Assembly (NCBI GenBank): GCA_965603355.1
Contig: CBFDCQ010000002.1
Coordinates: 56,971 to 120,970 of the forward strand
Length of the DNA: 64,000 bases
Reading direction: 5' to 3'
DNA from: an uncultured bacterium
GTDB taxonomy: Bacteria; Hydrogenedentota; CAZGCA01; CBFDCQ01
The notes under the pieces were generated by a model, which saw only the letters and a program-made list of their open reading frames with translations, was not told the DNA's origin and searched no databases. Of the stretch, positions 10,283 through 20,275 are shown piece by piece. The translations under genes and the position numbers were made by a program. Each line of letters opens with the position of its first letter. The stretch's first letter is position 1.

Positions 10283-11155
10283 CTATAAGTTCTCCGCAAA
10301 GCGAAACTCGCTCAAGTGGAAAGCCGTCCATCCAATAATCAAAGTCAACACTGAAACCGCAGCAGCAGGACCTAGACTGCTCCAATCCGGCAAGCTGCCA
10401 TGCAGTATCAGGGCGCGGTAAGACATGATGATCGGCGTCATCGGATTCAGTGTGTTGAGTACACGCAACCATCCTCCTCCCTCAGTGGTATATATTACCG
10501 CCGTAAGGAACATCCAGGCCCTCATCACAACGCCTATCACGCGCCCCACGTCTCTGTAAAACAGATTCATCAAGGACAAGATCAACACGACACCGGCGGT
10601 AAACACCAACTGAATCAGCAGCACAACAGGTACAAACGCGATCGTCCATGCGGGCACCACCTTGTAGATGACCATCATAGCCGCCAACACCGAAGAGGAT
10701 ATAAGAAAATCGAAACCAGCGGTAAGAATCGCCGCGAAAGGAAGCACCTCACGGGCAAAGTAGATCTTGGTAGCCAGATTCCTGTTCACTACGACGCTCT
10801 GTGCACCTCGAATCACAGACTGCGAGAAGAACTCCCACGGCAAGAGACCGCAACACAGCCAGATGCCATAGTTGGGTATGTCGACGCGTCTGCTCATGAA
10901 TGTGCTAATGACCGCAATCATCAGGACCGGCACGAAGAGCGCCCAGCCGAAACCTATCAGCGAGTGTTTGTATCTCGTTCGGATATCGCGCGCGGCCAGG
11001 GTATACAGGAGCTCGCGGTATCTGAACTGCTCGCTCGCCATTTCGCGGACGCACTGAAACGCGCGTCGCAGCAATCCCCGAGGGATCGGCGAGCCGGCCC
11101 CGGCCGGTGGTGGTACCATCGTTGTGTCTAATCCGTTCTGCATATCCTCAATCAA
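10283..11155 (-). CDS. wzm: Polysaccharide ABC transporter permease
   Basis: RDIRTRYKHSLIGFGW, KIYFAREVLP and LNPMTPII motifs; multi-TM; adjacent to wzt. Confidence 0.92.
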   Translation of the reverse strand: MIEDMQNGLDTTMVPPPAGAGSPIPRGLLRRAFQCVREMASEQFRYRELLYTLAARDIRTRYKHSLIGFGWALFVPVLMIAVISTFMSRRVDIPNYGIWLCCGLLPWEFFSQSVIRGAQSVVVNRNLATKIYFAREVLPFAAILTAGFDFLISSSVLAAMMVIYKVVPAWTIAFVPVVLLIQLVFTAGVVLILSLMNLFYRDVGRVIGVVMRAWMFLTAVIYTTEGGGWLRVLNTLNPMTPIIMSYRALILHGSLPDWSSLGPAAAVSVLTLIIGWTAFHLSEFRFAENL

Positions 11156-11193
11156 TCCTCACAGGACAGCGCACACCGCTGACCTCTCGTCTG

Positions 11194-12213
11194 TCAATCT
11201 GCTCCTCGAAGCGCAGGTACTGTAATCCCCAACCGACATTTCACTTTGCCCAGCATCTCGCTGTCTTCGGGCTCGGATAACCGCGCGATAGCCTCGTCTC
11301 TATCGAGCATGCCCTGGCGCACCAATCCCGCCAACTCGAAGGCATAGGGGTGAAAACCGAATTGCTGTTTGTGTACCATGTTGCCGTAACAGTTGAGCAA
11401 GCAGTTCGTCGAGTTCGGGTCCGTATCTTCCGGCGGCTTCCAGCCAAACTCTGAAACGACCGACAAGATCTTCGCTTCGCTGTATTCGTTAAACGCAAGC
11501 GGATTTATGTAATAAGGAAAATCGTCAACGCGAGCAAAGTGATCTTCGCTCATGAAATACGGTTCGATATCCGCACCGGCAACGTCTTCCAGCGGTTTCT
11601 TGACCGCCTGCTGCATGCTGCCTATCATCCTCGGCGACGCTTTGTATACTGATGAGCTCAAGCCGGCCTGACCGGGGGACCAGCCGAACACAATAAAAGG
11701 GATTCTCCGTTCAATAGACATCTTTAGAGTTGAGAACTTGACGATGCTCATGCAGGCCGTACAGATCGTGCTGGCGCGCTCGATCGCCTTCGGTGCGAAC
11801 AGCCGTTTTGAGCTGCAAGCGACGAAGATCTTGCGCAGCACGTCGAACCGCGGCCTGAACGCGATGTGATCTACGCCAAGCGCCTCGACGACCGACCTAA
11901 TATTCTCGATAGCCTGAGGGGAAACAAACCCATGGTCAACGGTGACTGCCAGAATGCGAGCCCCGTATTCGCGCGCCATGAGCGCCAGCGTGTAGCTGCT
12001 ATCCTTGCCGCCGCTATAACTTACGAGGCAATCATACGCGCTCTTGCCACGCTTCTGCTTCCACAGCTTCTCGAATTTCTCGCGATACCTGGCCTCCTGT
12101 GAACTCGTATGCTTCGAGACCTCGGCGGCATGACAGTGATTGCAAACACCGTCGTCGTCAAACTGTATGCCCGGAAAACTCTCGGGCAACACACAGCGGG
12201 TGCATCTTCTCAT
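11194..12213 (-). CDS. N-acetyl-sugar amidotransferase-like PP-loop protein (WbpG/PseA-like)
   Basis: N-terminal CTRC...GVCNHC, YDCLVSYSGGKDS PP-loop, CTAC and STNC motifs. Confidence 0.8.
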   Translation of the reverse strand: MRRCTRCVLPESFPGIQFDDDGVCNHCHAAEVSKHTSSQEARYREKFEKLWKQKRGKSAYDCLVSYSGGKDSSYTLALMAREYGARILAVTVDHGFVSPQAIENIRSVVEALGVDHIAFRPRFDVLRKIFVACSSKRLFAPKAIERASTICTACMSIVKFSTLKMSIERRIPFIVFGWSPGQAGLSSSVYKASPRMIGSMQQAVKKPLEDVAGADIEPYFMSEDHFARVDDFPYYINPLAFNEYSEAKILSVVSEFGWKPPEDTDPNSTNCLLNCYGNMVHKQQFGFHPYAFELAGLVRQGMLDRDEAIARLSEPEDSEMLGKVKCRLGITVPALRGAD

Positions 12214-12224
12214 AAGTCTGAATC

Positions 12225-13781
12225 CTATTCGTCCGGCTCGACTTCCCGTTTCATTATCTTGCCCGATGCCGTTTTGGGCAGGCTCGACACGAACTCCACG
12301 TATTTCGGCACCATGAAACGCTCCATATTCTTCATGCAGTGCGCGATGATCTGCCGTTCCGTAAGGCTATCCTGGCCGTTCTTCAGCACTATCTTGGCCT
12401 TGACCGCCTGCCCCAGAACGTCGTCCTGTACACCGACAACCGACACTTCCAGCACCTCGGGCAGTTCGTAAATAGAGTTTTCGACCTCTTTCGGCGAGAC
12501 CTTTTCGCCGCGACTCTTGATGATGTTATCTTTCCGCGCAACGAAATACAGGTACCCATCCTCATCACTCTTGAACAGGTCGCCCGTATACAGCACTCGC
12601 TCGCCCGGGTATCTTCCGGGTCGCAACACCTTTGCCGTCTCTTCCGGGTTTTCCCAGTACCCCATCATCAGGTTGGAACCACGTACGACCAGTTCGCCAA
12701 TCTCGCCGGGCCCTACCCTTTGGCCTGCCTCGTTGACGATGTACGCCTCTTCATTAGGCATACCCTTCCCAACGGCGGTCGGCCGGTCGTCCAGCTCTTC
12801 CGGCGGCATGTAGGAGACACGTTTGCACTCTGTAATGCCGTACATGGAATAGATTCTTGCTTGCGGGAACACCTGCCTGATCTCGCGAATGTGGCGCACC
12901 GGCAGAGCGGCCGCAGTGTTGGTCACGTACCGCACTGAACTGAAATCCTGACGCTCGATGTTCTTCAGCTGCAATAGCATGGCGAAGATCGTCGGAACGC
13001 CGGGGAATCCCGTTACACGCTCACGGACTATCGTCTTGACCAGCTCGTACGGGAACACAAAGTCCCTCTGCAGAACCAGGGTGGCACCTACCTGCACGGA
13101 CATCAACAACTGATAGAGACCATAGTCAAAAGCCAGCGGCAGCGCGCTCAGAATGATGTCCGATTCCACGTTCTCCAGATACGTCGTGATAGAAGTGGAT
13201 GCCGAGATCATCGCGCGGTGGGTGAAACTGGCTCCCTTAGGGAAACCCGTGGTGCCGGACGTATATATGATCGCAGCCATATCGATGTCTATGGCCCTCA
13301 CGGGAAGCGGCCGGTCGGACTGCTGCGTCAGAATCTCCTCGAGCGGAGCGCGTCCCTCTTCCTGAGCCCAGTCCCCTTTGTCGGCGCCGCAAACGAAAGA
13401 GAACTCCAGCGAACTCACATCTTCTTCAACAGCCTCAAGCGCCTCGCGGTATTTCCAGTGCGTGATCAAACCCTTTGCGCCGCAGTTGTTCAGAATGTAG
13501 CAGAGTTTTCCAGCCTTTGTCTGCGGATTCACCACGACAAACGCGCATCCTGCTTTCAGGATGCCGAAAATCGAGACAGCTGATTCGAAGGAGTTATCCA
13601 GGAAGATGCCGACGCGGTCACCGTTCTCCACGCCGCGTTCGACCAGTGCGTTCGCAACTCGGTTCGACAGCGAATCGAGCTCGGAATACCTATAGCGCTG
13701 CTCCTGGCAGATCAACGCCTCCTTGTCGGGCAGCCTCGCCGCGCTGCGTTCGAGAAAACCATTAAGAAGCACTGTTGCCAT
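12225..13781 (-). CDS. AMP-forming acyl/aminoacyl ligase (adenylate-forming enzyme)
   Basis: YTSGTTGFPKG, YGITE, TGD and LPKTASGK motifs; start at ATG 13781 or GTG 13790; overlaps the ACP stop. Confidence 0.9.
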   Translation of the reverse strand: MATVLLNGFLERSAARLPDKEALICQEQRYRYSELDSLSNRVANALVERGVENGDRVGIFLDNSFESAVSIFGILKAGCAFVVVNPQTKAGKLCYILNNCGAKGLITHWKYREALEAVEEDVSSLEFSFVCGADKGDWAQEEGRAPLEEILTQQSDRPLPVRAIDIDMAAIIYTSGTTGFPKGASFTHRAMISASTSITTYLENVESDIILSALPLAFDYGLYQLLMSVQVGATLVLQRDFVFPYELVKTIVRERVTGFPGVPTIFAMLLQLKNIERQDFSSVRYVTNTAAALPVRHIREIRQVFPQARIYSMYGITECKRVSYMPPEELDDRPTAVGKGMPNEEAYIVNEAGQRVGPGEIGELVVRGSNLMMGYWENPEETAKVLRPGRYPGERVLYTGDLFKSDEDGYLYFVARKDNIIKSRGEKVSPKEVENSIYELPEVLEVSVVGVQDDVLGQAVKAKIVLKNGQDSLTERQIIAHCMKNMERFMVPKYVEFVSSLPKTASGKIMKREVEPDE

Positions 13782-14040
13782 CTCCTCCACCCTTCTTGCG
13801 CCGAATGTAAGTCTCGAGCTTCACAACCGAATCGAAGTTCTCCGGAACCAGTTCCTCATCCTCCACGTCGAACTCGAAACTCTCCTCGACAAACGCCACA
13901 AGCTCGAGAACACCGGTAGAATCAATGATGCCTTTTTCCAGGAAGGAGTCGGTATCACAGAGTTCGTCCTCACTCAAACCCATGAGGAAATTCTCAAAAA
14001 CAAAATCGCGAATAGTCTTCTTCGTTGGCGTTGATTCCAT
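13762..14040 (-). CDS. Acyl carrier protein
   Basis: 92 aa, acidic; GIIDSTGVLELV phosphopantetheine Ser motif; ELVPENFDSV. Confidence 0.9.
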   Translation of the reverse strand: MESTPTKKTIRDFVFENFLMGLSEDELCDTDSFLEKGIIDSTGVLELVAFVEESFEFDVEDEELVPENFDSVVKLETYIRRKKGGGDGNSAS

Positions 14041-14073
14041 ACCCTCTAACCTTCCCCCTTGTCTTGATGTTGC

Positions 14074-16086
14074 CTAGCCCGCACAGATCGTGGCGCTTCG
14101 CGCATCCACATCAACTGTCGATTTAACGGGCGTCCCCCGCGCCTGTAATATCTCCTTGTCAAACTCCTCGATGAAGTGTCTATGCAGTAGCTGTGTTGAC
14201 AACACTCCAACCACCGCCATATCGTCCTTTGCCGCCAGTGGGTGCCCGAGTTTTCTCTCGCACTTTCTCATCAGCCGGGCAACCGCCGCGGGATCGAACA
14301 GACCTGATTGTTGCAGGGCCTTATCCGACAGCAATTCACGGACGTATTCCGGAGCGTTCGGACCAAGAAAGCAGGGACTGTCGGGCGCCCGGTACGGCTG
14401 TTTCGGCCTTCGCACGATGCAATCCGGTATCTCGCCCTCCATGCTCCTCTTGAGCACGTATTTCTCGTTCAGTCCCCTCAGCTTATACTTCGCCGGAATT
14501 CTCGAGCACATATCAACTACGTTATGGTCCAAAAACGGGAAGCGCCCTTCAACTGAATGGGCCATCGCCATCCTGTCGCCCTGCGAGCTGAGCAGATAAC
14601 CTGAAAGAAACGTCGATACCTCCACGTACTGCGCGCGAGATACCGGATCCCATTTCATAATGTCCTTGTGCAGGATTGTCTCCAACTCTGAGAAACCGTC
14701 GCCAGCACCGATGCTGGAGCGGAGATCTTCCGAGAACAGCGCCTTGAGCTTTGCCGTGTTATTCCACCGAGGCATGTGAGAGTAGTACTGCAAATCCGTT
14801 TCCTCGAGTCCTGTACGGAAAAACTGCTGCCAATACTGCCTGGCCCGTGTCGGCGACTGCGCCAGGTACGGGTAAAGTTTCTGCAGCAATAAGGGTCTAT
14901 ACTTGGAATCAGGGTATTTCGCCCAGAAATGCCTGATCTTTGCCTCTTTGAAGATGTTGTATCCTCCAAGAAACTCATCCGCTCCCTCTCCCGTCAACAC
15001 GACCTTGATATTGCTCTCGCGAACGAGTTGAGACAACATGAAAAGTGGTGCAGGTGCAGTTCTCAGGATCGGGAATTCCGCATGCCGGATAACATCCGGG
15101 AACACCCGCGCAATATCCTCAGAAGAACATCCGACCGCCCGGTGCCGCGTGTCCAGGTGCTTGACCAGCTCGTCCTGATAACCTCCTTCGTCATAGCGGG
15201 CATTCTCAAAGCGGATGGAAAACGTAATAAGAGGAGCATCCGTATGGTTCTTTATGATGGCAGTGATTGCCGAGGAGTCGAGTCCACCGCTAAGATACGC
15301 TCCGACAGGAACATCGGCCCGCAACCTCAACCGGGTCGCATCGATCAGGGTCTCGCGGAGCTCTTCGGCATAATCTTCGACTGACCTTGCAGACTCGTTT
15401 CCCTGTTCCGGGAAATCAAGCTGCCAATACCGTTCGAGCCGCGTTTGGCCGTCTCGAACCACCAAATAGTGGCCCGGCGGTACCTCCAACACATCTTTGA
15501 ACACTGTCCGGGGCGAGATCGTCACCCAGAAGGTAAATATCTGGTCAAGCGCCACCGGGTCAATCTCCAAGGAAACGTCCGGATGAGCCCCGATGGACTT
15601 GTTTTCAGAGCCGAAGATCAACTTGCCGTTTCTGATAGTGTAAAAGAGCGGCCGGATGCCCAAACGGTCCCGCGCCAGAAACATCTCTCGAGAGCGCGCA
15701 TCCCACAGCGCAAACGCGAACTGACCGTTAAAGCGCTCCAAACAGTCGTATCCGTATTCCTCGAACGCGTGAACGATCGTCTCGGTGTCAGAAGATGTTT
15801 TGAAGCGATGTCCTCTCGATATCAACTCTCGACGAAGTTCCAGATAGTTGAATATCTCGCCGTTGAACACCACCCAGACCGTCCCGTCCTCGTTACTCAT
15901 CGGCTGGCTGCCGCCGGCCAGGTCAATGATGCTCAGGCGCGCATGGCCGAGTCCGACGTGGTCGTCAAGATAGACCCCCGTCTCGTCCGGACCGCGGTGA
16001 CTCGCCATAGCGATCATCGTTCGCACGGTCTCAGGCTTCATCGGCTCGTGATCGTTCATGTTCAGAACGCCGCAAATAGCACACAT
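14074..16086 (-). CDS. asnB: Asparagine synthase (glutamine-hydrolysing) family amidotransferase
   Basis: Start reassigned to MCAICG (catalytic Cys); HRGPD, RLSIID, NGEIFN, LSGGLDSS, TGEGADE and RFPFLD motifs. Confidence 0.93.
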   Translation of the reverse strand: MCAICGVLNMNDHEPMKPETVRTMIAMASHRGPDETGVYLDDHVGLGHARLSIIDLAGGSQPMSNEDGTVWVVFNGEIFNYLELRRELISRGHRFKTSSDTETIVHAFEEYGYDCLERFNGQFAFALWDARSREMFLARDRLGIRPLFYTIRNGKLIFGSENKSIGAHPDVSLEIDPVALDQIFTFWVTISPRTVFKDVLEVPPGHYLVVRDGQTRLERYWQLDFPEQGNESARSVEDYAEELRETLIDATRLRLRADVPVGAYLSGGLDSSAITAIIKNHTDAPLITFSIRFENARYDEGGYQDELVKHLDTRHRAVGCSSEDIARVFPDVIRHAEFPILRTAPAPLFMLSQLVRESNIKVVLTGEGADEFLGGYNIFKEAKIRHFWAKYPDSKYRPLLLQKLYPYLAQSPTRARQYWQQFFRTGLEETDLQYYSHMPRWNNTAKLKALFSEDLRSSIGAGDGFSELETILHKDIMKWDPVSRAQYVEVSTFLSGYLLSSQGDRMAMAHSVEGRFPFLDHNVVDMCSRIPAKYKLRGLNEKYVLKRSMEGEIPDCIVRRPKQPYRAPDSPCFLGPNAPEYVRELLSDKALQQSGLFDPAAVARLMRKCERKLGHPLAAKDDMAVVGVLSTQLLHRHFIEEFDKEILQARGTPVKSTVDVDARSATICAG

Positions 16087-16097
16087 TTCAGCAAACC

Positions 16098-17351
16098 TCA
16101 ATCTCTAGTTGCAGCAACACCCAAAGGGCGCGCCTCAGGCTGTGAAGTCTCTCCACGTAGCCCCTCTTTGTCTCGGGCCAGGGCCGGCCGACGGCTCGCG
16201 GCTGCGCTGGCTCTCGTCCCAAACAAATACTGATGGTATTTTCTCAGCGGAGATCTCGCCACCACGGTCATGAGCAGCAGCGGGAAACCGAGCCCCGCAA
16301 TAAATAACAATGGCTGGTATAGCCCCTGGTTGCCAAGTAGCTGCGGCGCAAAACGATAGACGCACTTGGCCATCGCCTGGACGGCTGGAAAGTGCAGGAG
16401 ATAGACTGCGTATGATCTGGTACCCAACCATCCAAGGCCGGACGCGAACGGAACCCGAACGTTATCGAAAGCCAGAAAAGCCAGGATGAAAGTCAATGCA
16501 TACAGGACGGACGGAATCCTGATCGTATGATGTGCCCAATCGAATGAAGGGTTCGTGCTGAAAAGTGCCACTACCTCCCAAGTCGAAACGACCAACGTGA
16601 CGCCGGCTGCGGCCAGCAAGACCCACCTGAAACGTGCAAGCAGAGCCTTGGCGCGCCGATAATGCACGAAGCACACTGACCCCAGTGGAAAGAAGAATGC
16701 CCAATGCCAGAAACCCCATGAGTAGCCGGCATAACCGAACTTTCCGAGCGGTTCCCACGGCAGATACAACAGGATATTCATCCCCAGTTGGATCGCCGCC
16801 GCAACCGCAAGCAGCAGCGCCGGCTTCGTCTTTGCCCACCGCGTGATAAAAGGCGACATAAGGTAAAACTGAATCAAGAGCGGTATGAAGTAGTACAGAG
16901 GTTCAGCCCGCCCAAACACCAGTCGTTGCACGTACCCTCCGGGCGAGTCGATGGTTCCGAGGAGAATTCCGTTACGCAAGAATATTGCCAGTGACCATAT
17001 GAGATATGGCCATATCAGGAGACCGATTCTGGCACGGATGATGGGCAGACTGGCCCCGATGCGCTTGCCGCTTGTGGCGTAAGCCATCGAAAAACCCGCA
17101 ATGAACAGGAAGGCCGGTACGGCGAACCAGGCCAACCTTTGCGTGGCGAGCAGAACATAGTATGGCAGAGACCCGAATTGGTCGAAGTTCGGCGACTCCA
17201 CCTGTCGAAACCTATGTGCCCAGAAGAACATCGCGGTATGCCCCACGGCAGCACAGTGATACAACACTACCGCCAGAATGGCAAGTCCGCGCAGCAACGG
17301 AATCTGTTTTCTCATAGACACCCTATTCCTCGTCGGATTACTGGCGTTCAC
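16098..17351 (-). CDS. Membrane acyltransferase (acyltransferase-3/OafA family)
   Basis: LRGLAILAVVLYH, AVPAFLFIAGF and SYAVYLLH motifs; about 10 TM segments; true start may be MRKQIP. Confidence 0.87.
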   Translation of the reverse strand: MNASNPTRNRVSMRKQIPLLRGLAILAVVLYHCAAVGHTAMFFWAHRFRQVESPNFDQFGSLPYYVLLATQRLAWFAVPAFLFIAGFSMAYATSGKRIGASLPIIRARIGLLIWPYLIWSLAIFLRNGILLGTIDSPGGYVQRLVFGRAEPLYYFIPLLIQFYLMSPFITRWAKTKPALLLAVAAAIQLGMNILLYLPWEPLGKFGYAGYSWGFWHWAFFFPLGSVCFVHYRRAKALLARFRWVLLAAAGVTLVVSTWEVVALFSTNPSFDWAHHTIRIPSVLYALTFILAFLAFDNVRVPFASGLGWLGTRSYAVYLLHFPAVQAMAKCVYRFAPQLLGNQGLYQPLLFIAGLGFPLLLMTVVARSPLRKYHQYLFGTRASAAASRRPALARDKEGLRGETSQPEARPLGVAATRD

Positions 17352-17451
17352 GCCTGCTTTTCAGTGATGGATTGAACCTAGGAAGGTTGAGTTAGACCTT
17401 GTGGTGCTCAAGGCCACAAGACAGTCGCGCTTCGTACTTGTCACACTGAGT

Positions 17452-17661
17452 CTAGTACGAATGATCCTGCGCGGCCAACGAATCGAACTTGTGTCCGTCG
17501 TTGATACCCCTGAGCCACTCGGTCAACTCACTTCTAAGAAACCGCCACTCGCCCCCAACCTTACAGGCCGGGATCTTCCCCTGGCGAGCCAAGCGCAACG
17601 CAGTTTTCACGTGCATCCTGAGAAAACGCGCAGCCTCTTCGGAGTTGAGCACTTCTGCCAT
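17452..17661 (-). CDS. Small excisionase-type helix-turn-helix DNA-binding protein
   Basis: MAEVLNSEEAARFLRMHVKTALRLARQGKIPACKVGGEWRF matches the HTH_17 pattern; AAAGGA RBS. Confidence 0.85.
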   Translation of the reverse strand: MAEVLNSEEAARFLRMHVKTALRLARQGKIPACKVGGEWRFLRSELTEWLRGINDGHKFDSLAAQDHSY

Positions 17662-17758
17662 CAGTTCTGTTCCTTTCCGACACTTCCTTCTCGGCTGAGA
17701 TATCAAACCGCGGTTCGCACCGAGGGGTGCCGAGCCGCCAGCCTGCCCTCCCTCTGCT

Positions 17759-18664
17759 TCATACCCCTGCTGCGGACTCCCCGTGCGAACCTGACGCCGA
17801 GTACCTGCGCCCGGAGCGTTTATACACGTACTTCGGGAGCGCCTCCTCGGCCTGATTTAGGATTACGCCGAGCAGCTTTGCTTTACCCTCACCCAGCACT
17901 CGTGCCGCGCGATGCACTAGGCTGCGCTTTGTGGCTGCCGCCTGGACCACCAGCATCGAACCGTCCACCAGAGCGCTCAAAATCCCGGCATCGGACACGG
18001 GGAAAAGTGGGGGTGTATCGAAGAGCACGAGGTCAAACTTCGTCTTGAGCTCGTCCACCAACGCCTTCATTCTCTCCGAGGCAAGCAGCGCAGCGGGATT
18101 CGGTGGCATAGGTCCAGCGGACAGCACTTTAAGATTCCTGATGTCCGTGTCCTTGATGCATTCGTCAACGTTAACGCTGTCTACGATCAGGTTCGACAAC
18201 CCCAACGTGTTCGACAGACCGAAACGTTTGTGCAACGCAGGATGGCGAAGATCAGCGTCCACCGCGAGAGTTCTCTGGTCCATCACATGCGCCATTGCCA
18301 GAGCCAGGTAGCTGACGCAAAGCGTCTTACCCTCGCCCGGAACTGTGCTTGTTATCATCAGAGACTTTATCGGCATATCCGAAAACAGGGCGAACTTGAG
18401 GCTCGTCTGGAGCCGGTAGAACTCCGACGCGTGCGGGGCGTTGAGACTGTCAAGGGAGACAAGTTCCTTGGGGCCCAACTGCCGTCTAAGAAACGACTGT
18501 AGCGTTTGCTCGCCTATGTAGCCTGACGCTACGAGGGCCTCGCCTATCATGCATCCGTGCTTCTCTCTGTAATCCAGCGCCCTGTGCAACTGCGTTATGT
18601 TTATAGCGCCAGACTCCACCATTAACTCGCCGAGAAGCTTTTTCTTAACCCTGTTCCTTTTCAA
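17759..18664 (-). CDS. CpsD/CapB-type tyrosine kinase with N-terminal MshEN-like domain
   Basis: Walker A PGEGKT, A' VDADLR, B LFDTPP, C-terminal YVY..Y; two 24-aa LG..L...G.I repeats at the N-terminus; GGAGG RBS before TTG. Confidence 0.88.
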   Translation of the reverse strand: MKRNRVKKKLLGELMVESGAINITQLHRALDYREKHGCMIGEALVASGYIGEQTLQSFLRRQLGPKELVSLDSLNAPHASEFYRLQTSLKFALFSDMPIKSLMITSTVPGEGKTLCVSYLALAMAHVMDQRTLAVDADLRHPALHKRFGLSNTLGLSNLIVDSVNVDECIKDTDIRNLKVLSAGPMPPNPAALLASERMKALVDELKTKFDLVLFDTPPLFPVSDAGILSALVDGSMLVVQAAATKRSLVHRAARVLGEGKAKLLGVILNQAEEALPKYVYKRSGRRYSASGSHGESAAGV

Positions 18665-18735
18665 CGCTTATCCTCCCACGTTTTGAGATCTTTTCAGAAC
18701 CCGACATTACCAACAAATACGCCACAGGCGCTCTC

Positions 18736-20223
18736 TCACCGTCGCTTCTCTGGTCCATACTCCATTTTCGGCAGGCGGTCAAACCTGGGTAACACTGCGA
18801 GCACCGGCACCTGGAGGTATCCCTCAACCTCAACAGCTGTCTTGAACGAATCGTCCAGATACTCCAGCAACATGCATAGTCCAAGGCCCAGGAGCACTCC
18901 TATGATCGTGCCGAACGCCGCGTTCTTGACCGGTTTGGGCCTGAGGCGTTTGTACGGCGCGTACCCCCGCTCTATGACACGGACGTCCCAGCTGTCGGTC
19001 TGCTCGGCGAGTCTCGCTTCAGTCAGCCGTGTGAGCAGAGTGTTGTACAGGTCCTCATTGATGGTCCTGTTGCGCAACAGCGTGAAGTACTGGGCCTCTT
19101 TCTCCGGCAACACCGAAGCTTCATCTTCCAGCTTCGAGACAATCGCAGTCAACTCGCTCTGTCGAGTCTCCAGTTTCTCAACATCAGAGTCGATCTTGAC
19201 GTACTCCGTGATAAGCTCGACTTTCCCCGCGCTATCCGGCGAGATGACTATCTGAGGTACTACCTTAGCGATCTCCGCGGCAAGAGCCTCTCGGGCGTTC
19301 AGTAGCTGTGCCTTCGCCTTCCTGAGGTCGGGGTATTCATCGAAGTACATGCTCCCCAAGGTGGTAACCTGATCCTCCAGTTGCACGATCTGGTCTTTCA
19401 GCGTCTGAACTGACGGGTTGCCGGCAAGCTGCTGCGCGGCTGTTCCCAGCTCCAGTTTCGACAACGCCTCACCATCCTTGCCGAGCTCCTTCTCAATGAA
19501 TTCCAGCCGCCTTGATGAGTCGGCAAGCTGTATCTTGTTTTCCGCAAGCTGGGTCCGAACTTCCGTAATACGACCGCTGGCAACCAGTCCCCGTTCACTT
19601 AATGTAATATTGCCATGCTGCTTCACAAACTCTGCGAACTGCCGTTGCGCCTCATCCCACCTGACACGCACTAGACTCGCCTGCTGCTCCACAAGCGCCC
19701 TTCGCTCGCGCGCCTCCTCTCTGTTGAGGGAGCCGTACCTCTGTATGAAGCTGTCGGCAAGCGTATTCACTATCTTGGCGGCAAGCTCAGGATCGTTCCA
19801 GTCCACGGTCACCTGCAGCGAATTGCTGAAGATCGTGACATTGATGTTCTTGCGCAGCTTCTCCATAACGGCGACACGCTCCTTCTGCGATTTTGCCGTA
19901 GCCGCCGCACCGGTCTTGTCCATTACCTCCTCAATCAGCAGGCGGTTCTTGATCCATACAGCCTCCGTATCAAGGGCACCCTCGCCGCCATATCCGTTCG
20001 TGCGCGGGCGTACCTGCCCAAGTAGGTTGTGCTGGATCCTGATTGTCGTGCTGGCCTGATACACCGGTTCGACCAGCATACTTCCGGCAAATCCTGCAAC
20101 ACCTGCCGCCACCATCAGAAGTGCTATCAGCCACCAGCGTTTCAACACTATTCGGCGAACGACGCTGAAATACTCTTCAGCACTCCCATACTCAGTCTGT
20201 TCTGCCTCATGCCACAAACTCAT
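18736..20223 (-). CDS. wzc: Polysaccharide co-polymerase (Wzc/GumC membrane and coiled-coil part)
   Basis: TM + PVYQASTTI, long coiled coil, second TM, EYLDDSFKTAVEVE..LQVPVLAVLP; kinase encoded separately next door. Confidence 0.88.
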   Translation of the reverse strand: MSLWHEAEQTEYGSAEEYFSVVRRIVLKRWWLIALLMVAAGVAGFAGSMLVEPVYQASTTIRIQHNLLGQVRPRTNGYGGEGALDTEAVWIKNRLLIEEVMDKTGAAATAKSQKERVAVMEKLRKNINVTIFSNSLQVTVDWNDPELAAKIVNTLADSFIQRYGSLNREEARERRALVEQQASLVRVRWDEAQRQFAEFVKQHGNITLSERGLVASGRITEVRTQLAENKIQLADSSRRLEFIEKELGKDGEALSKLELGTAAQQLAGNPSVQTLKDQIVQLEDQVTTLGSMYFDEYPDLRKAKAQLLNAREALAAEIAKVVPQIVISPDSAGKVELITEYVKIDSDVEKLETRQSELTAIVSKLEDEASVLPEKEAQYFTLLRNRTINEDLYNTLLTRLTEARLAEQTDSWDVRVIERGYAPYKRLRPKPVKNAAFGTIIGVLLGLGLCMLLEYLDDSFKTAVEVEGYLQVPVLAVLPRFDRLPKMEYGPEKRR

Positions 20224-20275
20224 CTATTGCTCTCCCTTTCCTTACAGAACGTTAAAGAACCAGCTCGCAAGAGCT

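Noticed and set aside
17452-17661. Prophage or integrative element suggested by the excisionase-like gene
   Set aside because: No integrase, phage genes or att repeats nearby
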